From positions 62,001 through 126,000 of the forward strand of contig JBLDXI010000050.1 in assembly GCA_047495785.1 (NCBI GenBank): DNA of 64,000 nt. The letters run 5' to 3'. The stretch's first letter is position 1; the number at the start of each line of letters is the position of its first letter. Source of the DNA: Lepidodermella squamata (taxonomy: Eukaryota; Animalia; Gastrotricha). A program made the translations under genes and the position numbers. The notes beneath the pieces are model-generated. The model was not told where the DNA came from. It made no database searches and worked only from the letters and a program-made list of their open reading frames with translations. This document shows, piece after piece, positions 13,230-25,640 of the stretch.

Positions 13230-13600
13230 TGTACACATTATACGAGCTTAGAAGTCTATTGATGATCTCCTTGTCCAGGATCTGAATGGCCGATTTCAGC
13301 TAATTTTTTTAGGTGCCTCGTGTTTCACATTTATTTCCAAATTCTGAACAATACTGACCTTTTTCATGTCCAAGTTTTTACGACCGTTTCAGAAAATAAT
13401 ATCAATTTGCAAGGTCCCCACATGCTGATCCCCGCAAAACAGACCAGTTTACAAGTCCGATCAAGTTTAACCCACTTTTGCCGTAGCTACAAGGACATTA
13501 TTTGGCGCAAATCTTGACCAACTCTGATCCCATTGTTTAGATTGTAAATTGTTTGAAAATCTGGAAAATATTATCCGGGCCGAAATGAAAAGGCTGCTCT
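13230..13600 (-). mobile_element. Possible decayed Tc1/mariner transposase fragment
   Basis: Minus-strand peptides KLVCFAGISMWGPCKLILFS (cf. VWAGISxxGxxxLxIF) and ILDKEIINRLLSS; interrupted by stops. Confidence 0.35.
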
Positions 13601-14160
13601 TATGTACACTTATAGTGGTAAGTTTGATTTACTTATATAATTATTCGATTTTCAATTCCATATATTCGATCGATTGCAGTCTTCGATTGCCGTATGGACA
13701 ATAACGGCGGAGGACTCCGAGGAGACTTCAACGTTAGAGCGCCTTGATGATGAAGAGATCCACGAAAAAGGAACAGACGAGGCGCCTGAGAAAGATGCAG
13801 ATAAGGACCAGAGTGTTCAGCCGAAGATGAGTCAAGAACACGAGAAGAGTACGGGACAAGTTCCGTCAAACACTAAGACCCGTCCCACTATACCCGTCCC
13901 ACCCGTGAGACCAGCTCTGTCACACAACAAGAGTATACCCATCCCACCGGTGAAGGAAGGAAATGGGCATCATAGAAATATTAAAAAAAAGGCCGGGAAA
14001 AAGCTGAAGAGGAGACGACATTTGAAGAAAGGGAAAAATGGGCCATTGAGGCGATTGAAGAATGGTAGAGTTTTGAAGAGACGTATCAAGGAGAGACTTA
14101 CCACGAAGGAGCCTCATGAGAAACGCGCCACTACCGAGGAACCCGGCAAGAATTAGTTGA

Positions 14161-14782
14161 CATATCGTTAGCGTAGTTGAAGAATTGACGCCATATATTT
14201 TTAACCTAAAAGGGGACAGAACAAGCCACTCCATTCTTCATTCTTTGTTATATATGAATGAGGGGCCAAGAGGTCCAATAGAGCATACCCGTTCCCCCAA
14301 GGACCGTTCTGTGTAATTTCCGAACGGGAAGCGCCCGACGATCGTAGTAGAACAGTAGGTACAAGGCAGCTGGAAGCAGGGAAATGAATGTGTCATAGAT
14401 AGGAAAATAGCTGCATATAGTAGACCTTAGACCTCGTTAAGATGGAATGAAAATGGCAAACGCTTCTGTTTCTTATTTCATATCGTTAGCGACGCGCCAA
14501 AACAACCACTTTGATGACTCATTCGATCGTACTTTAACGAGCCGAACGTAAAGAAAGAGTACGTTCGGCTTTTTGACCACTGATCGTACTCATCGTAATT
14601 TGAATTTACGTTCAAAGGTCGAACGTACTTTCCATAAAAAAGCTATAAATAGTAAAGTGGATGTTTTAGCGCGTCGCTAACGATATGCTGCATTCACGTA
14701 AAACACGTCTCTCTTTCCCAACTCATATAAATCTGGAATCGGAGAGGACGGTTATTGGTTATTCAACTGCGCTAACGATATG
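14161..14782. mobile_element. MITE with 21-bp TIR CATATCGTTAGCGYAGTTGAA
   Basis: 14161 CATATCGTTAGCGTAGTTGAA versus 14762-14782 TTCAACTGCGCTAACGATATG (1 mismatch). No clear TSD. Confidence 0.7.
14479..14687. mobile_element. Nested MITE with ~34-bp TIR starting CATATCGTTAGCGACGCG
   Basis: CATATCGTTAGCGACGCGCCAAAACAACCACTTT ... AAAGTGGATGTTTTAGCGCGTCGCTAACGATATG. Confidence 0.75.
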
Positions 14783-15684
14783 GCTACATTGCATTTTACT
14801 GTTGGATCTTACCTAACTGAACTCTTCTGCTTTATCATTATCTATTGCAATACGAGTGCTAATTATAATAGGAGCTTTTTGGTAACTCGGTTATATGAGG
14901 TGTCGGATAAATTCACACCGGTTAGCTTTCGGTGTCAGCTTTCATTTATTCGCAAGGTAATAAAAGGCAAAGAAAGAAAACAATGAGTTAACTATTTCGG
15001 TACGTCAAGTTTTACGTTGCCTTGTGGTCAGTCGACGCTTCAGTTACAGTTATACTCTCGCACTGGGGGTGGTGTCTAGTGAAACTAACATGGCAACAGC
15101 CAGTGCCACAAGTAAAGGAATGCAACGCAAATTAACATGAGTGCAGCGCATGCATACTTTCCCGGTAAACAAACTCATCTTCCATGTAGCACGCTCACGC
15201 AACACTAATATTACAAACGGGTTACAATTAATATGTAAATGACAATATCGGCAAATTTTGTCAATTTTGGAAACATATCGCCCACGTCATAGCGATCTGA
15301 GCCCTTTTCCAGGGAAAATAGGCCGAGAAGAAGGTTTGAGGTTATTCAGTAATTTTCGTAGTTTATTGAACAACTCAAAAACCAGCTGGCGACGCCCCTG
15401 CGCTTGTATCCTAGTTGGGTTACTTTATCCTTTATTCGCTATTCGCTATCTTCCAGTGACGAGAACTACTTTCAATAATATTACGCTAAATTGCTGAGAA
15501 ACTTGAAACTATATCCGTTCTCATTAACAACATCTATAATTTCCCGTTGTTTATGTTTTCTTCCGTTTTATTCTTCTTCCGGCCATTCAACGAGTGGGTT
15601 ACTTCTTATCGATTATCGAACACGTACAATAGAGTATTTAGATTTTGGAAAAAAACATGTTATATTGGTCACTTAAATTCGAGC

Positions 15685-16888
15685 TCAACTTAGCATTAAT
15701 TGAAACAAGACGCAGTCTATGACTAAAACCGTAACACCAATCACTATTCCTGCCCCCAAGTCGATAGCTCGAATGTAGTTCATGTTCAAGACAGGAATGA
15801 GTTTCAGATACTTCGGATCATTCGCCTTGCCACATGCGACTATAGTATGGAAAGTTAACAATCCTCCAGCTCCAAACTTCAAAGCAACCATAAGAACTAT
15901 GTAGACCAACTCGGAGGTCTCGGGAATCATGGCTGAAATCATGCCAAGGGTGACAGAATTCGCAAGGACAGCCGTTATATTCAAAGCAGACCTGAAAAAC
16001 GTGTTAAATTTTTGCAAAATAATTACGGATGAACTCACCGATTCGCGTCGGCTGGGTCCATTATCAGAACAGCTAATTGAAGGAAGAACAAAATGTAGGT
16101 TGGTAGGAACAATGTAGGCAGGTAATAGAAGTAATCACGCTGAAGGGTGACCTTATAGGAAAATCGAAACAACGATTCAGGGTCGATGTTATCCCACTCA
16201 CTCGCCGATGTAATCAAAACGAACTTCCAAATGTCGGCGCGGGAGATGAAGGTGTTAGAAAGTATAACGTTAGCCAGTGAGATGTTAACATCGCTGCTTT
16301 TGTAGGTCGCTATGAAGCTCAACGCGCAGGAGAATTGATCGAAAGGGAATTTTCGAAACGAAACATCCCTGCAGCTTGATTCAAAGTTACCATTTGCAGT
16401 AAGCACTGCTCTAAACGTTTGATTCCTGCTCGAGATTTCAATCATCTCTGACTTGGTCGGCATAACATAAGGCTCGCCACTTGCAGAATTTTCGTGGTAG
16501 ATGCGCGGGAACCAAACAGGCCGCACGTCTGGGAAATTTACCGGCAAATTGAAGGCTATGAGGTCGTTCTGACACGCCTCCTGTGATTGGTTGTATTGCA
16601 ACCTCGAGCAATCAACAGGCTGCTCGCAGTTGTAGCGCCAGGACAACGACATACCTCCGACGACAATCATGCTTTTTTCTACGTCCTTGACGTCCACGAA
16701 TCGGTAGAAACTGAACCTAGTTTCAACTGTAACAGGCTTCGGTTGCGGGCAGAGAAGCTTCACGTCTACTGGCAGGTTTGGCGAGAGGAAGTCGGGGTAG
16801 GTTTCGGTGAGATCATCTGAGAGATCGTAAGAGGCGGGCTGTCACTTGCAGATACAGTTACAACAGCCAGAATAACTAACAGATTCAT
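15685..16888 (-). pseudogene. Cys-loop channel-like subunit, subgroup A, with a 7-bp frameshifting deletion (exons 16888-16039, 15991-15685)
   Basis: Signal peptide MNLLVILAVVTVSA. Relative to the paralog at 1-445, 7 nt are missing near 16817, giving TAG at 16768-16766. The downstream frame is intact: Cys-loop CRDVSFRKFPFDQFSC, four TM segments, 47-nt GT-AG intron 16038-15992. Confidence 0.8.
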
Positions 16889-17482
16889 CGTTCAATCTGC
16901 GGCAGGAACAAATGATCGAAATCTGTATTGCAAAGCATTTTTCCGCGATTGAAAGCTACCGGATATTTGTGATTTTTGCAATAAATTTCTCCAGACTGGT
17001 AGGTGGGCTCTGTAGAAGTTTCCCGAATTCCCAAACGCGAAATCGGGCTCACATTTAATAGGTTCAATTTGAAGTTTCTGGTAGACTGAAGACGAAGTGG
17101 GAAACTTGAACTAGAGACTATGTGGTATATCCGATTTCCCACACAAGTCTTGAACCAAATTTCAAGACTCGATTTGAAAGTTCTGGAACTTCAATTCGTT
17201 TGCTGGGAACACATGGTCCATTATCAAACGGAAATTAACGGAAATTACAAAGTGGAAGAAAAATTTAGCCAAAAGTTCTGCCTTTCTTTGAATCTGTTGG
17301 AGCTTCGTTATTAGCCAACTTTTTATGCCTATTCTTTGAATATTTCTGATGAATTCGTCGCATGGAAGGTAAAATATAACCCATAATTATCGGGAAAATG
17401 TCGGAAATATTATCATACTATCATCCTTTCATCAAAAAACGTTCGTATTTTTTATTTTTCTTCTTTTAATCAGGAATGAATT

Positions 17483-18706
17483 TTACGATAACATAAAAGC
17501 GAAGAGTATTACATCGACTATGAATACGGAAATTCCAATAACAAGCGCCACGACGCAATCCAGGCCCCGGATGTAAGTCATATTCGTATCTGGGCAGCGC
17601 TGTTGAGCCCGCGGGAAAGTCGATAGGCCACACGCGACGATCGTGTACAAAGTCAACAAGCCGCCGACTCCAAACTTGACAGATACCAACACGACAATAT
17701 AGACGACTTCTGAGGTCTGTGGTATCATAGTGAAAACCATGCCCAGGGTGACAGAATTCGCTAGAACAGCTGTGATATTGAAAGCAGACCTGGAAAATGA
17801 ATTCCTAATTAAAATCGATACTCAAATCCAATCATACCTGTCAGGATCTTTCGGGTCCATTATCAATACGACTAACTGAAGGAAAAAAAGAGTGAACGTG
17901 GGGAGGAACAAGGTTGGTATGTAGTAGACGGCATCTCGGTCCATAGTGATTATAAAGATGATTCGCTGATAAAGCTCCGTGCCCCTTCCAAACACTTCGA
18001 TTCTCTGTTCGATCGATACCAAATTCCAAATATCAGCATCAGCTACAAAAGTATCGAGGCGGTAGTATGGTAGCAAGGTGATGTTAGACTTGGAAAAGGA
18101 AGTGCTAGATACAAATTTGATGGTGCAAGTGAAAATGTCGAACGGGAATTTTCTGAACGAAATAGGATCGCAGATTGACTCGAAGTTCCCGTTTGCCGTA
18201 ATAGAGGCGGATAAAATTCTGTTGCTCTGCGTGACTTCAATAGTATCAGCCATATCTTTGAGAACGAAAGGATGGCCAGTGGCTGTGTTCTCGTGGTAGA
18301 GTTTCGGATACCAAATCGGCCGCTCATCTGGGAAGCCAACCGGAGGACCATAGGCCAACTCGTCATTTTCGCAAACTTGTCTGGTGCTTGGTGATAGCAA
18401 GGAGCAATTGATTGGCTTCCCGCAGTTGTAGTTCCAGTTCAAGGCAAGGGTTCCGAAAACTGATAGACTCTTCTCGACACCGTTGATCCCAGCGAATCGG
18501 AAGAAAAGGAACTTGGCAGTTATAGCGACAGGTTTCGGGTTCTCGCAACGAAGTTTAACATCAGTCGGCAGTTGCGTGGATACCAAGTCTGGGTAGACCT
18601 GAGTCACTTCGTCCCATATTTGCGCAATGGTGGGTAAATTCGAGGTGTCTTGGCTGAAAATTTGGCTGATTAAGGCTGAGAAAATGGCTGTATATATTGA
18701 GACCAT
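17483..18706 (-). CDS. Cys-loop ligand-gated ion channel-like subunit, subgroup A (~391 aa; exons 18706-17838, 17789-17483)
   Basis: Signal peptide, WYPKLYHEN, Cys-loop CDPISFRKFPFDIFTC, M1 YYIPTLFLPTF, M2 DRSAFNITAVLANSVTL, short M3-M4 loop; 48-nt GT-AG intron at the same position as in the neighbouring gene. Confidence 0.9.
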
Positions 18707-20674
18707 TTTTTTGAATGAATTTATCCGACACTTTGCAAACAAATACTGGCTATGATCGGCAGTATGGCAACGGTTATTGGTTTCGACGCCGGAAGAGTGG
18801 AAGCTTCTCGAATGTCTCGAAAACTAGAGAAATCGATATTGAGATGAATCAGTTTGTGTGTTTTATTGGCAGTTATCTTATTTCGCAATGTTTCTATGTG
18901 TTATGAAAAATTGAGCGTTTAAAACCTGAAACAATTTACACGCCGTTTTTATCAGCTTGGTTTTTGGATCTTAAGAATGAAGGCCCCTTCAATTATAGCA
19001 GAATTTAGCTTTTTCCTGAGAGCTTTTTCCTTTTATTTTTTCCAGGAGTATCTGTAAAATTTCAAAAATTGTCCTCTGTGTCACATCCTGGATGAAGGTG
19101 TAAGAGAACAGCCCGCGTTTACCTGTAGTCATCCATGAGAAGAAAACTTCCATCTCTCTGTAGCTGCTGTGAACCTGTTGTGTTAGGGTCAATTCAGAAA
19201 AAAGCAACAACTTCAAAAAATAACAATTTTGTAAAAATATAATGAAGAGGACGAAGATTCATTTTAATGTTAAAATATCGCTTAAATCATAGATAAATAA
19301 ATGAGACGTGTCGTATGGTAGTCACCTCAATTGTGTGACACAAGGGAAACTACAAGGTCCCTTTTCAAACGGCGCGTCTCAAATACAGCGCATTGTGTGT
19401 GCCGGGATGATTCATCACTATTTTATGCTTTTTTCGCGCGATGGAAGAAATCACTTGATTAAAGAAATAGCCAGTGTACTGGAAAAAGGGCTCAGTGATC
19501 AACCGAAAAAGGTAACTTATGTAACGCATTGAAATCATATAGCTTCATCTTTGATTTGGCTGAAAAAAATCGACGGAGACTTAGATTATGATCAGCTTCA
19601 ATTTAATGTTTTATTGAGCCGACTAATTTTCTAATTAAAACCCCCCAGCCAAAATAATTTTATTTTGCTCTAAAGATATTTTAAATATGAATTCATCCAT
19701 CCAAAAATGAACGCATCAAAGAATTTCAAATCCATGCTTGAATTTGATGCTAAATTAGGCGACATTTCTCGGTTGGTAACTGCGTCTTTTTTCATTAATT
19801 GACCTTTTATTTTTTCGCCAACCTAAAAAAAGCCTTTGGCACCAGTTACGGAGAAGAGCAACAAAAGCAAAAAAGCAACTCGAATTGCAATATTCAATTC
19901 GGCTGACGACCTTAGTATAAACATGTATAACGTTTTTTTCTTGATCTTTCGCATGAAAGTACTATGGTATAAGTTTTTTTCTGCAAACATAGAAGTACTA
20001 GCACGAATATCGAATATACCCAATGTAGCTGTGCACAAACCAATTCGATTTGCTAATGATGTACTGTCGGAAATACACATGAAAGTACTACAATGGAATT
20101 GTTTGTGAACAGACCCTAAAAACCATTTCTCGCCAGAATCAAATGAAAGCAGCGGTTACCGAATTTGTTCACAACAAGGTCCAACGACAATGCCTGAAAT
20201 CAACTTGGAACTTCAGGATCACTCAACTAGCGACTTTCTACTTATCATTCTTCAAAGAATCAGTCAACCGCGATCGATGCGAGCATTAGCTGACAGTTAT
20301 TCCATTGATTTGTCGTCGATTATGATGTTAGTAAAATGCGTTGTTGCTTAGGTTTTAGGTCGTATCGTCAACTGATGCTCACATGGATAAATCGGGAATT
20401 AAGGGATCAATAACTGGGAAGCCTTTACACGAGTTTCCTATATTAGTACACTGTTTAGGAAACGCTGCGAATCTACTGACATTTAAACTAAATATAGACT
20501 CTTCCTGATGACCGACGACTTAAATTAGTGTAAACAAGTTTATTAGCTGAGATTAGTGTGATTAAATGTAATTGGCATGACAGAACTGCCACCTGCCACC
20601 TACAAGCTCAAATACAGCCAAGATGAACAACGAAATCAGATTGTTTAAGTTCGCTAAAACCATTCAAATTTTAC

Positions 20675-21169
20675 ATGCTGTCTGTAACTCATACCTTGAT
20701 CAAATTCGCTTTGTTCTCCACTGCTGTGCATGCGCAGCGAGATTTGGTAAGACTAGTTTAGAGTTACTTAGGGAAAAGAAAAAAATAAAACCTGCCCAGT
20801 ACTCAATGATTTTATTTTTCTTTAAGCGGCGGCCGGAAGTGTCGTTGAACTTCTCCCTGGCTGTTCCATATGTAAGCATTCCTGCATATCACAAGTATTT
20901 TACAACGTGTTTTTTTTCAAAAGGCTCTTGTCTCCTTGCATGTTACATCACCGTTCGGGGCGGTATCTACTATTGCCAATGCGACACGAGTGCGAGATTG
21001 GATGGATGTGGCAGCGACTGGTGGTAAGTATTATGGCGCGCATTCGCGAAAACCGATCTATGATGCCATGAGCCTGCTGTGTTCGGTCCTGATAGAATTG
21101 ATGGGCATTGATGGGCTAATTGGAAAAGGCTTTAACCAAAATCGAACATATTCCTCGTTACTTAAATGA
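20675..21169 (+). CDS. Small secreted protein (~120 aa), ankyrin-less paralog of 21981-23000 (exons 20675-20746, 20827-20871, 20924-21169); may be a pseudogene
   Basis: Same three-exon phase-0 structure and similar peptides (AVHAQRDL / RRPEV / ATRVR) as the ankyrin gene, then a jump to sequence matching that gene's 3' end (AATTGATGGGCATTGATG). Confidence 0.55.
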
Positions 21170-21980
21170 ACGGAAATCAGCGTTGTTATTCACCTTTCAA
21201 TGCATCTTCTGTGAGCGGGCAATATATATGTGTAATTGCTATTTACTGTGTTTCATGTCACACATTAATCTGACATGTTTACGAGCGCCACAAGTTATCT
21301 TGCAAGTAAATCCTAATTTCTCAGACACTATATGTACCTAAATTAATTGAAATAAAATGAGTCAGTCAGAAATGTTTTAGTTTTGCGTTAACTACACAAA
21401 ACTAGTGCCTTCCGCCGGCCACGACAAAAAGCAGTTTTCGGGAAACGGCTGATATCCTGGTGAAAATCACGAAGGGGACAGAAAGGTCGGACAGAACAGA
21501 TTTTTCATGATGCCGAAGAGTCGCTTCAGAGATTAGCAGTGTTGATGAAAGCGAGCGGAAGGTAGCAGTGGCGGTACATCGCCAACATCGCGACCGTCTT
21601 GCTCATTCAATGAATTAAAGCAAATTGAGCTTTCTGCTACTTAGCTGCTATAAACCTGCTATGTTAAATCCTTTCGCTTCAGGATCAATTCGGAGGAAGG
21701 GAGAAACAACTGACATCTTAGCTATAAGTAGACTTCCTAAGGATCGATGGCTTCAACTTGTTGTAAATAAGTATAATAGCTTATGAAGCGACAGGAGGAA
21801 GCTGTAGGTTGAAAACATCCCACGTCCAGCATACAAAAAATTTGACATGGCAGTACTGCCACCAATGAGCTTAAATAGAGCCGTGGTTTACCAAACGATC
21901 AGAATTGGTGAAATTCGCTGAAAAAACATCCTAATTTTACGCTGTTTTCGAGTCCAAGAAATTGCTAAGCTATGCATACT

Positions 21981-23000
21981 ATGCAAGCAGTGCTGACCTT
22001 GTTTTTCGGTTTCCTTTCAATCGCCGTATATGCGCAACGTGATTGGGTAAGATTGAATCGAATGTTTCTATGGACAACGTATTCCAACTGATATATTATT
22101 TTCTTTTCCAAGTGGCGGCCGGAAGTGAGGGCGGAAGCCTTTGGAACTGTTCCATCTGTAAGCATTTCCAATAATTTCACAGAGGTATAAAACATATTTA
22201 TTTCAAAGGGCCCTGTTACGTTGTATCGATCACTGTTTGTGCAAATTATGTATGCTGATGTGACACGAGTGCGGGAGAAAATCGCTGAGATAGATGCTGC
22301 GACTGGGAATAAATATGACGCGAATTGGCGAGACCCGGCCTATGACGTCATCTGTTCAAAATTGATCGGCAACTACACAGCATTGCATCGCGCTAGCAAT
22401 TGCGGGAGTTCGTCGAGCGAGCGGCTCGAAATTGCCCGCATCTTGCTAGGTCGCGGAGCAGAAGTTGATAGCAAAGAGTCTAATTTCGGCTACACTGCAG
22501 CCCATCTGGCGGCAATGAAAAACCACGTTGAATTCTTGAGGCTGCTGCTCGATCGCGGAGCCAATGCCAACAGCAAAGCGGCTTCGGACTGGACGCCGCT
22601 ATATCTTGCAGCTTCGAATGGCAATCTGGAAGTTAGTAGGCTGCTGCTCGACCGCGGAGCTGTGATCGATAGCAAAACAGTCGACGGCGACACAGCCTTG
22701 ATGGCAGCAGCTGATATAGGGGACCTGGAAACCGTCCGGCTGTTGGTAGATCGCGGAGCAGCGATTGGCGCCGAAAACAACTATGGCTCTTCACCGTTAA
22801 TAAATGCAGTCAGTAGTAGAATTTCTGATGCTCGAGAGGCAATTGTACGACTTCTTCTCGATCGAGGAGCCGATGTGAACCAAGCCCCTCGTGGTATTAA
22901 GACACCATTGGACGCAGCCATCGATGAGCGGGATGGTAGGGTTATTGCCCTGCTTAAAGCGCGCGGTGGTGTCTGTCGTATCCAGACTAACTGTAATTGA
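21981..23000 (+). CDS. Signal-peptide-bearing ankyrin-repeat protein (~300 aa; exons 21981-22046, 22113-22157, 22209-23000)
   Basis: About 5-6 ankyrin repeats (TALHRA..LLGRGAEVD, TAAHLAA..LLDRGANAN, TPLYLAA..). Two upstream GT-AG phase-0 exons add MQAVLTLFFGFLSIAVYA-QRDW. polyA signal near 23111. Confidence 0.85.
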
Positions 23001-24333
23001 TGGGCATTGATGAATGAATCAGAAAAGAATTCGCAGCAAACGTTAAAGACGTTACTTGCTTTTCCATGGACAAATATAATAATATGAATTATTCAAGCGT
23101 GTTATCTATAAATAAAATTCCAAAGTTGCAAGAAGGCGTTGAAAATTATCTGCCGAACTGCCCGGGGGCGTAACCAGGAAATATTTTGGTAGATGTTATT
23201 GACCTTAGATTTGCATTTTTCAGGGATAATGATAATCCAAGGTTGGCGAGGGCGGGTTTTTTTTTAATTTTCAATCGGCCAATTATCCCGGATCTAGCAT
23301 TTAGTGTCGTTAGCGTTTCGGTATAACTCTCCATTTGACGGTAACTCCATCTCGTCATCTCGTCATCTCGTCTGTTCTCTAGTTGCGGTAAATAGTTTAC
23401 CGTAAACGGCACTACACTGTGACACTAAAGCGTAAAATACTCGCGTGTGGTAAAATTAATTTCTCTGCGGTAATTTCAGCTCATATTATCTTGTAGGAAC
23501 AATAGGAATTACAAGCATATTATGGAGGAATAGAAATGGAGTTGGAACTGCGCTCAGGTTATAAGATCTTGCGCGCGCGCAGCCGCTCTCGTACTTACAA
23601 TAAAGCGTGTTAAGCAACCGCTGTAGCGCATTTCTGCGAGCCGCAAGCCACAAGCTTGGGCCGCAAGTGCTTCTGCGGTAAAAATCAAAAAATAATTTCC
23701 TCATGGTGCTTTCACAAATGCGTCCGACGGTGAAAACTTCGGCTAGCAACTCGCAAACTTCGGTAGAGTGAAGCGAAACGTCGGAGAGCGTTATCAGGGC
23801 GCTATTGTTCATTCTATTGTTTAGTCGCCAAAGTTGCTGAGTGTCACGCACTTGAGCGCGCCTGGCAGGCCAGGTACCGGGGTCAGAAGGCAAACAATTT
23901 TCTATTTCAGCGTAAATAAGTATGGAATTCAACTAAATAATGAGATGTGAAATGCGATGCGGATCATAAAAATCTAAATTTCATCGAAGAACTATGTGAT
24001 CAAGACGCATGATTTGCATATCATCAATTTTTCTTGCTGGTTTCGCCGGCCTTAGATTTTCGGCGTGCGCGGCTTTAAAAAAATTGAAAAATTCGAAAAT
24101 TCGAACTCATTTTCTTGACTCGTCGTAATTCAAGACTTGGGACTAATACTGTATGGACTCGACACTAGCACTATTTTGCATTTTTGTGCTGTGAATAGAG
24201 CCGCGATCAACCGCTGTCATAAATAATGATTCTTCAGAACTAGCTATAAGTCGCAACAGAACCATAGCTAATTGATTTTTCAATTCGAAAAATTGGAGAT
24301 TGGAGATGAACCATTCTTGTAAACTGAAATAAA

Positions 24334-25529
24334 TTAATTCATCATTCTTGCAAAATAAATCGCATCACAAATGATAACAATCACTGACATCACAACAGCA
24401 ACAGAAATATCTGCCAGGCGAATTTTCGACACTGCCACAAGATTCAGCAGTTTCCGAAGCGGCTTGTTGTATTCTTCGTAATGTTCTGAAACCGCAACCG
24501 TGACCAGCATGTAGATGGTTAGAAAAACTCCGCTGATGAACTTCACACAGACCATAGATATCAAGTAGACACTCTCGGAAGTTTTCGGAATCGCCCCGAA
24601 AACCATACTGAGAATCACAGCATCTGCCAGAACGACAGTAACGCCAAAACTCGGCCGATCAGCGTGGATTGGGTGCAGGATCAACCCAGCCATTTGAAGG
24701 ATGAACAGCCCAAAAGTCGGGATGAAGATGTAATTGATGAAATAGACATACTTCCGCCTGAATTTCATGTTGAATCGCACGGTATGGTAAAACAGACCAT
24801 CGTAAGCTTTTTCAGGGGTCAGTGTGAAATTCAACGGAGTTAGGATTTGCCAAATGTCTGTATCCCCAATGAAGACGTCCGCAGATTCCGAGAACATGTA
24901 AGTCACATCTTCGAAATAGATCACGTTAGTTGAATACTCTGATGATAATACAAAATCGCAACTAAGCTGATCGAATGGGAATTTTTCAAACTCGAAAATA
25001 CACGCAGATTCGAATAGGCCTGAAGTAAGCCACGTTGCATTGCTCGAGCAAGGGAACACGTCGATGTAAGGCGTTGTTTCTTCAAACGGGCGAGATGATT
25101 CGACGAAATTTTCGTGGATCAACCTCGGATGCCAGATGTCGTAAACGTTCTTCTCCAGAAAAACGAAATCAGGCTCTGCTTCGGGGATTATTTCTTCGCA
25201 AAGGCTTTCGTCGCATAAAATATCCCAAGTGAAGGTCAACTCAATCATAACCGAAAGCCTAAAAATTCGAAAAATTAGGAAAATCAGGTAAATAAAAAAG
25301 CTCACGTCTGTCTTAGGTCGTCAATTCCTTTGAATCGATAGAGAACAGTTCGAATTTTCACCTTCAAAGGGTTACTGAAATTCGTCATCAGTTGCAGGTC
25401 TAACGGAAGGTCGTCCGAGAAAGCAGTCGGGCATTTCTCTTCGAAAATCGTTTCAAACTCCTTTGTAGTGAAATTACAAACGACTGGGCTGACTAGGAAG
25501 CCCAAAATCGTTAGGAATTTACTAGCCAT
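24334..25529 (-). CDS. Cys-loop ligand-gated ion channel-like subunit, subgroup B (~382 aa; exons 25529-25306, 25258-24334)
   Basis: Signal peptide, WHPRLIHEN, canonical Cx13C loop CIFEFEKFPFDQLSC, M2 DRPSFGVTVVLADAV; 47-nt intron. Confidence 0.9.
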
Positions 25530-25640
25530 TGTGTGAATGACAAAAAATAGAGCTCATCGCTACATTTTCGATCGATAGTGTACAAAAAATACGAGTTGCT
25601 TAGTCGCGTTAGTAATTCTTTATTCAAAAAGTAAACAACA

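Noticed and set aside
13674-14156. 160-aa acidic/Pro/basic ORF
   Set aside because: Non-ATG start, low complexity, no recognisable domain, and wedged between transposon remnants.
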